Shown piece after piece: positions 12,334 through 24,248 of a stretch of 64,000 nucleotides of DNA (position 1 is the stretch's first letter; every line of letters begins with the position of its first letter). Source of the DNA: Lepidodermella squamata (lineage: Eukaryota > Animalia > Gastrotricha); the NCBI GenBank assembly GCA_047495785.1, contig JBLDXI010000003.1, positions 1,860,001-1,924,000 on the forward strand. The letters run 5' to 3'. The position numbers and the translations under genes are program-made. Below the pieces are notes generated by a model. It made no database searches. It was not told the origin of the DNA and saw only the letters and a list, made by a program, of their open reading frames with translations.

Positions 12334-13311
12334 TTATTTTTTCACCAGTTCAAATTTGAGGCGGCAAAACTGCGGAACCAAATAACCGGCTTCGTCCAAG
12401 TTGGACGAAAACAGCCCGTGATGATAGACAAATTTCTGCTCCAGGCTGCAATCTCCCATCTCAGCTAGATCAGGATGCCACTCGACCCGCGTCACGTGAC
12501 CTCCAAACGCAGATTTCATCGTCCCAGCAGGTTTCGAGCGTAAATTGAACAAATCGCCAACCCAGCCGTGCGGGTGTTCAAAAGCAATGCCTTTCAACTC
12601 CTGATCGGCCTTGGACGGGTACATGGCCCGCCAAAATTCCTCGCTGAGTGTCCCAGTTTTTATCTCAGCCAAAATTGTCACGGCGATTTTTCGCGTAATT
12701 TTGAGATAATCGACCAAATCGTGCGGCGATGTCAATAATTCTGACCAATTTTTCATTAAATCCACGACTAAATGCCAGTCATCGGCTGAGCCTTCGACAC
12801 GAATTTTTCTCAGCCCGGTCAACGCTGTCACAGTTTGCCGGTAATTTGGCGATTGATTTTCCTCGGCGAAACAAGCCAATCGAGCTTGTTTAGCCGGTTC
12901 CGAATCGGTGCTGAAACCCGGCGCCAGCAGGTGGCCAAACTGGTTCGGAATTTTGCCAGCTAATTTCGTGAAAATGTAACTTTCTTCCGCGTGAATTGAA
13001 CTCGGCCCAGTGTTTTCGAGGACGTAATTCGATATTTCATTCAATACGGTGAAGTAGAATAAATCAGGCCGGAAAACGGCCCCGGCTTGCAGCCAGCAGC
13101 ACGCCTCGAGGTAGCCGGCTAAATTTTGGTGGTGACTCGTGGCGTTTTCGCAATTTTCGTCCATTTCAACCAGGTTTATGTCGAGCTTTTCGTGTTTAGG
13201 ATCGCGTGGGATTGAACCTTTCTTGATGGTTTGAAGCAACCAGGACGGCATTGTTTGCTCCTGATCGGGAGCTGGAGATTTACATGTTCCAGATTCGAGA
13301 ATTATTTCCAT
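12334..13311 (-). CDS. DUF4419-like protein (325 aa, intronless)
   Basis: Motifs GFSTDS, IRVEGSADDW, FWRAMY, GWVGDLF occur in the order I recall for DUF4419 (FST...G...DW...FW...GW..F). Confidence 0.6.
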   Translation of the reverse strand: MEIILESGTCKSPAPDQEQTMPSWLLQTIKKGSIPRDPKHEKLDINLVEMDENCENATSHHQNLAGYLEACCWLQAGAVFRPDLFYFTVLNEISNYVLENTGPSSIHAEESYIFTKLAGKIPNQFGHLLAPGFSTDSEPAKQARLACFAEENQSPNYRQTVTALTGLRKIRVEGSADDWHLVVDLMKNWSELLTSPHDLVDYLKITRKIAVTILAEIKTGTLSEEFWRAMYPSKADQELKGIAFEHPHGWVGDLFNLRSKPAGTMKSAFGGHVTRVEWHPDLAEMGDCSLEQKFVYHHGLFSSNLDEAGYLVPQFCRLKFELVKK

Positions 13312-14215
13312 TAATGAATTGTTTTCTAGAATTGTAAGAAAGGTTCAAGTCAATTTCAATTAATTGAGGTCAACAAATGAATGACCTACTTACATTTAAA
13401 AAGGACGCAGACATAAAAAATTTGGATTTTCAGAATAATGGTTTGGAGATGAGGAATTTAATGAATAAAAAAATCATTTTTCACGGTGAATCATTTTTTT
13501 AATTTTAAAAATTCTAATTGCAAGAATAATCGGTATTAAAAAATCCCACCTTAAAATTTCGAAAATTCGCTCATTTGCACACGTGCGGGATTTTCGGAAA
13601 TTTATCGACATTTTTTGATATTGAATAAACGTAATTTTTCTTAAAAAATTCTCCCATTCACCAGTGCACTGAAATACCTATTTTTCCATTACACACTGCA
13701 AACAATTTAGCTTTGTACGCAGCAAGTATACCATAGGCCTATATTAGTTAGGTATTATTAACTTGCATGATAAGCCAAAGCTGTCATTCATCATACCATT
13801 TTTACGCACAAGTATTTATACTATATAACATGCGTGTTAGCCTAATATAAACCATCTGTCCATTTCTAGGTTTCTGTATAGTAAGATATTGTATTAGTAT
13901 TAAGGCCGAAGTCCACTTTTCACGTGATCAAAAAAATCCTCTCTCTGGCGCGTGTTTAACCTGTTCCAGATTCGCGGCATTAACCTGGAAAAAAATCAGC
14001 AAATAATTAGCAAAAACTAGGAGAGAAAGTCAACTGCTAACCCGATGATGAAAATAATATGAAATTCAATAATGAGAAATTTCTATAATGACCAATCAAT
14101 GTAATAATGAAATGCGTTTCGAAAACTCGAAAAAATGTTTATAAATCGGAAAATTTCAATGTAAATCGTCAACAAATCGATCAATTTTTCCAGTATTTTC
14201 CGATTTTTCAAAATA

Positions 14216-14711
14216 ATGCGTGCTTTCCTGGCTATTGCTGTTGTGGTCCTATTAGGCCTCGGTAATTTGATTTTGGGTATCTTCTATAATTGCTTATAAT
14301 TTTTCATTTTTAGCCTACTCAGAGGCTAAGGTGTGGAATGTCGAGTCGAAGGAGATGCACCGCAACTACCACAAGAGCACCAGTGTCTCGGCAAGCCGGT
14401 CCTTCGAGAAGAACCGCAAGGCCTTCGGCAAGTGGCGTGCCGCCCCGAAGCGCCAACACGGCAAGAAGTTCGGCCGCAAGATGAACAAACGCCGCGGCTC
14501 CTTCTCGAAATCGGTCTCCGTCTCGGTCTCGTTCTCTGGCAACAGGCGCAACTACGGCGGTCGCAAGTTCCGCCGTCACGGCAAGAAGGCCGGCAACAAG
14601 TGGGGCCACAAGTTCGGCAACAAGTTCGGCTACAACTTCAACCGAAAGGGCAACAAGGGCAACAAGAAGGGCTCCTATTCGTACAGCAAGTCGGTCAGCA
14701 CTTCAAATTAA
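14216..14711 (+). CDS. Secreted Lys/Arg/Gly/Ser-rich protein 1 (147 aa; exons 14216-14261, 14314-14711)
   Basis: Signal peptide MRAFLAIAVVVLLGLAYSEA split by a phase-1 intron. Strong C/G-ending codon bias in an AT-rich context; AATAAA downstream. Confidence 0.85.
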
Positions 14712-15649
14712 GCCAAAATAACACCCGATAAAAAGCAATGTTTTTTCTTTTTTCATGATGATATTATATAAAATGCGAATAAACTGATAATTTTGGGAAT
14801 CACGTCTTGCTTCTCACTTGGTGGTAACAGCGAATGCGACAAAACAGCAAATTTTTTATTTCGCGACAAAACAGCGACAACTTACTGGCCGGAAAAAAAT
14901 CAGATGAATGGAATGACCGAAAGGACGCTGACCCGAACTGACATCAGCTGAAAGGTGTGAGCGAATTTAATTTTGCTGATATATATTTTTCTTCCTGAGC
15001 AATCGAACTATTAAGTGGCAAGTGGCAATCAAGAGAAGTTGACAAATAAAATGATTGGGACATACGTTTAGCTGAACAGACGTTGCCCATGACTTTTGCT
15101 GGTTAGCTGCTTGCTGAACCAATTCTCATCACAGCTAAATTCCTAATATTCAAGGAACTTTTCAAAATTTTCAGGAATTTTGTGATTTGACTTTGATTTT
15201 CGGTAAACTTCTCCCTTTGAGCAAACGTTTCATGATTGAACAAAATATTAAAAAAAATTTCTATGCAAATTTTTACTTTGATGCCAATTTTGAAATTTGC
15301 TCCGCAATGCTAAGCATAAATAAGGCCAACAATTTTTTTCGAATTGTTTATTGATGTTTCCCTTTATCATTTCGGTGGCAAGTGGCAAATAAAATTCGAA
15401 TAAATAACTGTAAATCAAGCTTCAAGTTTGAAATGATTTCGAATTTCGAATTTCATCGTTAACAGTGCGCGTTGTTCGATGGCTCGGACAACACATCGAG
15501 TGGTTTTGGTAATTTTGGCCTGATTGATTCGACTTCTTCGTGTCGTGATATAAATTAATTTCATTAATTTGAGTTGTTTATAATGCTTGCAAAGTTAGGC
15601 TGGAGTATCAATCAACATTCTTCATTCATTCCTTCATTCAAGTAATAAA

Positions 15650-16205
15650 ATGCGTACTTTTGCGGTTTTCGCTGTTATCGCCGTCGCTTTCATCTGTAAG
15701 AATTTTCTGAATTTGTATGATTATTCCTTATTTTTCTCATTTTTCCACAGATTTTAGCGATGCTGGCCGAGTGAGGAGCGGCAGCGAAGAAAATTCTGTC
15801 AGCCGAAGTGTCAGCCGATCGGAAAGCCGAGAAATGTCCGGCAATCATCAACCGAAGCCTCACTACTACAAAAAGCGCCCGGTTGTCACCTACCACCGAC
15901 ACAGCTCTGTTTCAGGCTCGAAAGAAAAGCGCCGCAGCAAGAAGAACACGAAGTACGTCACCATTGTCGAGGCTCGCAAAATTCTACGCATCAAGCGCCG
16001 TCGTGTTACCTCGGTCTCGGGCTCGAACGAGAAGAAAAAGCTGCACAAATCCACCTCGAAGTCCGGCTCTTACAACGCCCGCGGTCGCCGCCATCACGGT
16101 AAAAACCGAAAGGAGAAATCGAAGCCGAAGAAGTATTCCTGGAAGAAGGTCGAGCCATCGAAGAAACGCTACTCGGCATCCAAGTCTTACTCGGCCTCCA
16201 ACTAA
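15650..16205 (+). CDS. Secreted Lys/Arg/Ser-rich protein 2 (166 aa; exons 15650-15695, 15751-16205), paralog of protein 1
   Basis: Same 46-nt first exon and intron phase as protein 1. Signal peptide MRTFAVFAVIAVAFIYFSDA; shared HKSTS motif and YSxSKSxSxSN C-terminus. Confidence 0.85.
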
Positions 16206-16505
16206 CTGAAATAACATTGGCGAGAATTCGCGCAATAATTTATTATTTTTCGTTCGTAAAATAAAATAAAGCTTTAAGGTGGAATTTTTATTGTTCATTT
16301 TTTGCTGTTTTCTGTTTACACGAGGCACGCCGCCATCGACTTTTTTCTGGCCACAATGCACGCTGGAAAAACAAGGTCATCAATAATAATAAAATGACCT
16401 ATAAGCAATGTGTTATTGCTATTAAACCGCGCCCCATTATTACTTGTCAATAGCAGCGGCCAGACGCACGTGGCGTTTTTTCATGGCTTGTTTACTGTTT
16501 ATCCC

Positions 16506-16560
16506 GCCAATCATAATTAAGCAGCCTCGTGCTTGCTGCCACGTGCTTGGTGCTATAAAA
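16506..16560 (+). promoter_or_regulatory. Core promoter: CCAAT, CACGTG E-box, TATAAAA
   Basis: ccaat ~16507, gccacgtg ~16538, tataaaa 16554-16560, second cacgtg ~16467; about 100 bp upstream of the ATG at 16661. Confidence 0.55.
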
Positions 16561-16660
16561 CTGGGGCTGAAACAAGCAGTATTCATCGCTTCACAACATC
16601 GCTTCTAATCTTCACTAGTAGCATTAGTTCATTTCCATTTATTCTCTCTAGTCTTTGCAA

Positions 16661-17197
16661 ATGATGGTCGGTTCGATTTTTGCCACATGGTGAGTAGCTT
16701 TCTTATTTCATTCCCGATTTTCACCAAAAATGATGTTCCAAATTTTTGCATGTATTAGCAGAATCTTTTTGTTGACTAATTTTGTCTGATTTTATTCCAA
16801 TTTTGCTCCCAAAATTCGAGCACTTTTCCATTTCGAAAAATAATTTCTTTGTTTGCCTTGCAGATTGGATGTCGCAAGTTTCCCTCAAGAATGCGGTCCA
16901 GCCAATTCTTTCAAGGTTTGTTTTAAAATATATTAGTAATTTTCGAGTTCCCCAATTCGCCACGTGCGCTTCGATTTGCCTCGGCACATTCGTTGCAGCA
17001 TGCCAAATAAATATAAGAGGGGTACATTATCAATGAACTGGCTAGGAAACAGATGACATCCTGTCTATTTTTGGCTTTAATGTCATTTGTGCCGAAAGTG
17101 CAGTTACATTTCTATTCTCTATTTCAGGTTGAAAGAATGTCCGCGCAACGATCAGGTCAAGAAGATGATGGCGAGTCAGGCTAAGAACGTTCTCTAG
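16661..17197 (+). CDS. Spliced small ORF, 32 aa: MMVGSIFATWLKECPRNDQVKKMMASQAKNVL (exons 16661-16689, 17128-17197)
   Basis: Strong donor (tg|gtgagt) and acceptor (tctatttcag|g) give an in-frame join. TATA promoter upstream, AATAAA at ~17278. Confidence 0.55.
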
Positions 17198-18087
17198 TCA
17201 ACTTGGCAGTATTTTAATGTTTCTAGTCTGCTGTGATTCTTGCTCATCTGTGATAAAAGAAATTGGATAATTTTCGAAATAAATGAAAACTCGTAAAATT
17301 CAGTCTCTTGTTCCTATTTTTAAAATTGATTTTTGCATTTTGGCAAAGCAAAAGCAAAAAATAATTATCAGGCAATGGGAAAGATCATCTAAATTATTTT
17401 GGTCCAATAATTTGTTTTTCGAAATCAACAAAAATTGGATCGATAAAATTTATTTTGAACGCATGGGCGATGAATCATACTTATAATCAAGTCGATGATA
17501 GATCGAGCATTAATAAAGTTATAAATTAATTAATTCAATAAATTGATTAATCAAGCATTGTGTACCAGCGATTATCAGAATACCATTTCACACAAAAAAA
17601 TTTCTTTCAAAAAATCACCCATAGCTTGTCGAATTCGAACTTATTCTTACTTGAGGTTTATATGATTTTTTGCCCGAATTTTTGTTGGCAACAGCAAAAG
17701 TAGGCCGTCAGGTGATATATCTGAGTGGGCAAAAGTGTACCGCTGCAATAAGTATCTTATTCATTTTAATCAGATGGGAGTATCTATTTATGTACATTTT
17801 GCGGTGTCGATAAACGGAGTCTAGCGGAGGATTGCAATAATTTGCGGAGTTTGAGTGCGGCGTAAATTTTCCAATGACGTCACCAGTCACTAGTCATTAC
17901 TCACGCACAGTTAATAGACAGTTTTAAACATGCCCCTGATGCGCCACTTCGCTTATTTATGGCACCTCAGCGATTAATTTTTAATCGTCCTCATGGCCTA
18001 TAAAACCGCGTTAGTTAGCGGCAATTAAAAGCATAATTTTTCAAATCGTCCTAACTGCTTATTATTCAGTTGACCTGTAAATCAAAA

Positions 18088-18721
18088 ATGGCTACTTTAA
18101 CCTCGCTAATAAATACGACCGCTGGTCGAAATAAAAATGTTCACATCTTCGCATCGTCCTCCTTAATGCTGGTTTTCATTTGTCTCATCTATTCCTCGGA
18201 AGCTCTGGATACGGACAAATCAACTGAGTCGCTAATTGCCGATAAGCTCGAAGGAAAAGCAATGGATGAAATTGCGAAACATCGTAAGTATTAAGCTCAA
18301 TTTTTCAGAATAGCCTTGGAAATTTTCGATTTTTTAATGGCCACACCTTTAAAAATTGTAAAATGATATTTTAAAATTAGCAAAGCGAAATTTGTAAAAT
18401 TTAAAAAAAAAAATTCAAATTTTTTTTAAAATTCCACCTTAAATTTTACGATTTTTTATAATAATTTTGTATTTTTCAGAGCTATACGTAAAAATGGCCA
18501 GATCGATAGCGGCTTCGAACAACAAAGAACTGCAATCATTTCTATTGAGCCGTCTTCTGCGAAAATCGGCCGAAAAGCAGTACAGAGAACGGCTAGCCAG
18601 GTGTATGGCAACATTTAATTCGTTATCACTGTGCAACGACCACTACCCAGGGACGTTTTACTTATGGGCGCGGACGGCGGCGAAAAAAATCATGAATGGC
18701 GACATGCCGGCCGTTGTCTAG
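18088..18721 (+). CDS. CX9C secreted-precursor family member A (145 aa; exons 18088-18283, 18480-18721)
   Basis: Hydrophobic signal-like segment, phase-1 intron, ERLARCMATFNSLSLC...WARTAAKKIMNG; TATAAAA at ~17999. Confidence 0.8.
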
Positions 18722-19184
18722 CCTCCAGTTTTACCCCCTTCCTCCCACTCTCTCTCTCATTTGATGATCTGTGATTGTATTTCAGTGCGACAAAAAAATG
18801 ATTGTTGCTATTATATTGCGTACCACGCGCTTTTCTCGCTAAATAAAAAGCCATTGCCGAAAAAAACGTCTCGAATTCTTCTGAATCAATCAAACCTAAA
18901 AAAAAAATAGGCCATCATACTGCGAGTGCGAATTTTTGTATATAGATGAAAAAACATTCTGGGCTTGAACTCCCTTAGTTTTTTTATACAGCCGATGGCA
19001 ATTATATCTGCCCCTTCAAGCAACCATCAGATATTGAAAACTTGAGTAAACAAAACCTTTCCGCGCGTGGAAAAAACTCATCGCTCCACCTTCGCGCGTT
19101 CATAAAGCCACGCAGCACAGTTGAGTCATCATATTAATATTTTTTCGGTATAAGGTCGCTCTGGTGCAATTCATGCGCAATAAA

Positions 19185-19614
19185 ATGCCGATCCCTAGCT
19201 ACATGCTCGACTTGATCACGATTCTCGCCATCATCACAGTGTTAATTACGCTCGCTGGGGCTAATAAGGATCAATTATTGGATAGAGTGGATGGGTACAT
19301 AAACGAAGCTGCTCAAGACGGAAAAACAGGTAAATTTTAAATAATTTTTAAAATAATTTTTAAATTTTTTCGAAATAGCGCCTATAATTCGGATACAGCA
19401 CTTGTTGGCGACGAATAAAGAATTCAAGCGAAAATTGTTTGCCCGGCTTGTTCAGCAGGAAAATGAACGGCAGCATAGAGAACGGCTGGCCAGGTGCATG
19501 GAATTGTTCAAATCGCTGCCGTTATGCAAGGACAACTACGCAGGTGGCTTCTTCATATGGGCCAGATCAGCCGCAAAGCAAATCATGGATGGAAAGGATG
19601 CAACTAGTTCATAG
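19185..19614 (+). CDS. CX9C family member B (126 aa; exons 19185-19329, 19379-19614)
   Basis: Signal peptide, 49-bp phase-1 intron, ERLARCMELFKSLPLC...WARSAAKQIMDG. Confidence 0.8.
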
Positions 19615-20035
19615 TTCGACCGCCTATTATGATTTCGAAAATAATTTTAACATTTAATTTTATGTAAAAATCAATATTGTTGTAAAATCGTATTTTTTAG
19701 TAAATTTTTCTTGCGAATTAGGAATTTTTTAATCTCGTTTTTTTTTCGTGTTGATTTCGAGCCATAATGGACAAATTATAGTACACGCACCTCTTGAACG
19801 TCGACTCATAAAATAATATTACGCAGCATTGTTTACGGAAATGGAAATAAAAAAGAGGGACCTCTGATGCGCGAGAAATTGGCTCATTCGTGTCGTCGCC
19901 CACAGGCCGAAAAAATCGATTTAACACAATATGTCAAGTGCGACAATTAGCCGCGGGCTTATAGATTTATTATTTTTTTTTGCTGGCGTATAGAATAGCG
20001 CCGCTTTTGGCATTAAATTAACAAATCACGCGAAA

Positions 20036-20416
20036 ATGCTGATCTCGAAATTTTTTGTATTTGCGATTTTTCTCGCGTTAAACTTCAACGCCATGCTTTG
20101 CCAGCCGGAGAAGAAGCTTGATTCTGGTAAAAAATCATCGAAAATTTCAAAGCAAAAGCTGGTTTCTACTACAACGACGCCTGTCCCAATGCCGAAGGAT
20201 TCTATTGCGCGGGAGAATGAGCTGACCGACGAGATTTGGAAGGCGAAAATCGACGAATTAAGCCGGCTAGTTAACGAGGAACGGCTTCAGAAGGAACGGC
20301 TTTTACGGTGTATGAATACCTTCCGATCGAAGACCATTTGTATGGACAACGGCGGCGGTTTCGGCTATTTATGGGCTCGCACTAAAGCTCGGCAAATCAT
20401 GAATGGCCAGCAATGA
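20036..20416 (+). CDS. CX9C family member C (126 aa, single exon)
   Basis: Signal peptide; ERLLRCMNTFRSKTIC...WARTKARQIMNG. Confidence 0.85.
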   Translation: MLISKFFVFAIFLALNFNAMLCQPEKKLDSGKKSSKISKQKLVSTTTTPVPMPKDSIARENELTDEIWKAKIDELSRLVNEERLQKERLLRCMNTFRSKTICMDNGGGFGYLWARTKARQIMNGQQ

Positions 20417-20799
20417 GGAGTTAGACTCAAATAATTTTTATAGATTTATCAACAATAATTTTCCAATAGATTTTTGAGAGGATATTTGTTGACGCGCGGT
20501 ATCTGGATGCTAATAAATATTTGAAAGGAAATTGGCATTTTTTCGCTTTTTCAGTTTATTTCTCCGATTATTCGATATTCAACCATGGGATTTTTTCCCA
20601 AGATGTTTCGCGTCCAATTTTTGGAGGCTAAAAGATAAAAGGCATCCAATACTGTTGGAATGGAAAATAGGAAAAAGTGGACAAAAAATAAAAAAAATTC
20701 AAAAAAATTGATCAAATTTTGACCTCATTTTTTGCGCCATGAAATCGTAGATTTACAAAAAATCCCTGAAAATGTTCATAGCCAATTTGCATAGATATA

Positions 20800-21050
20800 G
20801 CGCTGTGCGACATTTACGCCAAGACATTTGAGCTGCGACAATTGCGCCAACGACAACTGAGGTAATTATAAATCAAATATCAATTAGTGGTGATCCTTGG
20901 CTATGCGAGCAGAGCGAGCACTCCCAGCTAGACCTTAATAGTTTTTTCATAGCAATTATATATGAATAATATAAAAATAAATAAAATAAATTTGGCTCAG
21001 TTGTCGCTTGGCTCAGCTCAGATGGCGCGAATATCGTACAGCCAAATTTA
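20800..21050. mobile_element. Degenerate MITE-like fragment related to the 51.3-52.2 kb element
   Basis: gacatttacgcc / gacaattgcgcc / gacaactgag repeats, with an inverted counterpart ctcagttgtcg. Confidence 0.4.
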
Positions 21051-21370
21051 GCACTCATGATCTGATAAGAGAAAAAATCGTGATAAATTTTGTAGATAAT
21101 GCGTTGTCATAATCAAGATCATTTAGTGCCGTAATTCGTTATGACTCACTTTTATTCAGTAGTACCTACGCCCGTTTCCCTAGTAGGCTATTTCCTCCCG
21201 CCACTGATTATACCTCGGGGATTAATTTACTATTGACCGGTACCTATTTGTTCCTGTGATCACGAATATTACTGCTTAAATGGAGAGACAGTGATTTAAT
21301 AAGCTCAATTATAGTCATTCTCGAAAAATCGCAGCAAATTTTGCCTTAGCCATTTCCCTACTCTATAAAC

Positions 21371-21757
21371 ATGACTCAATTTTCATACAAAAATTTGGTA
21401 AAATTGCTGATAATTTTTCTCTTATTTTGTCTATGCGATGGAGACGTCATTAGATGTGAGTTTTCTGGTACAAAATGTCATTGTTTTATTACATATTTTT
21501 AATTAATATATACAGCAAAGCGTTACAATCCGTATTTGATGAAGTTGTACGAAAGGCAGTACAACGCGAATTGTTTGGCAATTTTCCACTCGAAATCGAT
21601 ATGCCGACATCAGATTTACGACGGCGCCCAACTGCCGTTTGCTAAGCTGTACGCGCTTTCGAACACGAAAACTACCTCGCGCTTTCCGCGGGTGTTCACG
21701 TCAACGGCGAGCAGTCGTAATAAAGCTGAGAATAAACTCCAAGAAATGAAGCGATAA
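21371..21757 (+). CDS. CX9C family member D (108 aa; exons 21371-21455, 21516-21757)
   Basis: Signal peptide, phase-1 intron, RSKR furin-type site, then YNPYLMKLYERQYNANCLAIFHSKSIC. Confidence 0.8.
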
Positions 21758-22879
21758 ACATTATTATATCCACACATGTTTCAGTCGTCGTGTGTCTATT
21801 TTCACGCTCTTTGAGATGTATTCACGTGAATAAAATTATTTCTGAAAAAATTAGGAAAATAAAATTAATTAATGCACGGGGTCTACATTTTTGCACCACG
21901 TAAATTGAGGTTCTAGCGCTAAGAGCCCCGGCGCTATATTTTCCCGAATTTTAGCGATATTTCGGCCTTTTTTTATCTTGATCAATTCTTGGGCCCGAGT
22001 CCATAAGAACGAGGTTTTTTTACTATTTTACTCGAAGGAATTTGAAACAATCTGGAAACTTCTTATATCGGAAAGATCACTGATTTGTAAAATCGATACT
22101 TAGAATCGATATCGGCTATGCAGGCTGAATTATAAAAGTTTAGGCTTGGCAATAAAAAATTCTCAGATTCCGGGGAAAACGTGAAACTGGAAAAATAGGT
22201 CAAGTATTAGAACCCCAAATTGTGACACCCTATAATAAATAGCCTCGCCACGGTAAAATTTTCTCAAAAAATATATGTTCACGGTACCAAAGTTACGGTG
22301 AGCGGAACCAATATTGCAGTTTGCGGAAATATGCCAAGAATCATTATTCATTATTCGAGAATTATTCATTTTTTGAATTTTTGAATTTCTACGAAGTTTA
22401 GGGGAAGCTTGAGTTCTGGATTGAACACTCTGTCTTATAGAAAATAGTGGTGTTCAATCTTGACCAGCAAGAAATATCCGAAAAGTGATTTCAAAAAATT
22501 CCGAAATTTGGCTCCGCTCGCCGTCAATTTTTTCCGGTGAAAAGAGCGCGCTATTTTGTTTACGTAATTGTCAATTTAATCACGAATATTTCATTTTTGC
22601 ACCTAATTTTTTCTATTTTTTAATAAATTCTTTAATTATTTTCATAAAATTATTTTGAAAAAATTTCGATTATTTCATGAACGGTGAAATATTATAGCCT
22701 GCCCCCGCGATGCATTTATTCATATTATGAAAAATGGGAATTTGAAATGCCACCTGTCAAATCTCTTCGCCCTTGAGATTTGACTTCAATAGCCTTTAGT
22801 TTCCAAAATTTTCTCATTTCTTCAGGTCAATGCGCAGTTTATTTTTCGTTCCAAGTTATTAATCGCAGAAAATCAAATC

Positions 22880-23233
22880 ATGGCCAACTTTTCGAATAAT
22901 TTTGTAATTTTCGCAATTATTAACCTGGCGATTCTCTCGTATTTTGCTTCGTCGAGTTTTGCACCCGTGAAAGGCCCGCGTATAGCTAAGCGTTGGAATG
23001 CTTTCCTACACGAGTTGTACCAACGCGAGTACTTGAATCGCTGCATGTCCGTGTTCAATTCGATCTCGCTGTGCAAGACGCGGTCCGGCGATGGGTCCGA
23101 TTTCGCGCACGTTGTCCACATGAATCACGCCAAGCCCGACCTACTGCGAACTGGGCCGAAAAAGCCCAAGGTCGAGAAGCCGAAGCTACCTTTCAGGTAC
23201 ATCGATGAGGACGAACAGGAGCAAGAAAAGTAA
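22880..23233 (+). CDS. CX9C family member E (117 aa)
   Basis: Signal peptide, RIAKR site, then WNAFLHELYQREYLNRCMSVFNSISLC. Confidence 0.85.
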   Translation: MANFSNNFVIFAIINLAILSYFASSSFAPVKGPRIAKRWNAFLHELYQREYLNRCMSVFNSISLCKTRSGDGSDFAHVVHMNHAKPDLLRTGPKKPKVEKPKLPFRYIDEDEQEQEK

Positions 23234-24248
23234 CCAGATCAGCATCAAGAAGCGAATAGATAAGAATGACTTACTAATTGCTAGGGTATATTTTGTGTGA
23301 CTATGATGTTGTAGTATAATTTCTCAATGAATAAAATCACGCCGCTTACACGAAAAATAGCATATCTTCGTGTAGCGCATTCTTTAAAGCCCAGAATGTT
23401 TTCGGAAAATATTTATATTTTTCTTTCCCTATTGACACGTGCTTTTCCGATAGAAAAAAATTCGGGGATTAAGAATCTGAAAACCGCATATTTTTATCAT
23501 CTACCGGTATTGAGATATTCCAGTGTCAAGTTGTCACGTGACCTTATGCCTTTTGTCACACCTGGACGATTATCTCAAGATCGGTGATAGCTAGGAAGCC
23601 GCTCTCAAAGAAAAAGTTTATCAGCGTGATGAGATCTACCTAGAAATACATTCAGTTGGGTCATAGGTAATACTTCGTGCAAAATCGATTTTGATGACAC
23701 TCCAGTGCAGTTTGGCGACAGTACCAAAAATGGCTCCTGGTTCATCACCAAGCCTACGTGACACTGGTCATTTATCCGCTTTCCCCAAATTTATACGATT
23801 TCCCAGCGCTGAGATATGCCTTTTAGAAACCCTGGGGTTGTAGTCACCCTACAGGATTTTTTAAATATAAGGTGGAAGGAAAAGATGCCGTTGGGTTTGG
23901 TGCGGGTTTAGGATTACAAATTTTACGTGTTAATGATTACAGATTTTCAGGATTTTTTATTATTATTGGTCATTTTTCAAGAAGCTTGACGAATCAAGTT
24001 TTTCTGTTGTTTCTGAAGTTACAAGCTCGCCTCATCAGTCAAAGTGATCGGACTCTTTGTCGGAGCCCGAGGCACTATTACCAAATCATCGTCGCATCAA
24101 CAATTAAAGATTCTTACAAAATAATAAACAATCATCTGTGTAGTAAAACTAGTTCAATGCAAGTCTTCCGTGTCTCTAGGCAAACTGTTACTTATTATCA
24201 GTCGGATTTATGTTTTATCAATAAACTGGTATACTTTCTGCTACAAGA

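Noticed and set aside
14319-14731. Alternative-frame and antisense ORFs over the cationic gene
   Set aside because: By-products of strong codon bias. Only one frame joins the signal-peptide exon.
18580-18640. Mitochondrial twin-CX9C (CHCH) or MCH identity for the CX9C family
   Set aside because: There is only one CX9C, signal peptides are present, and ring size and flanks differ from MCH.
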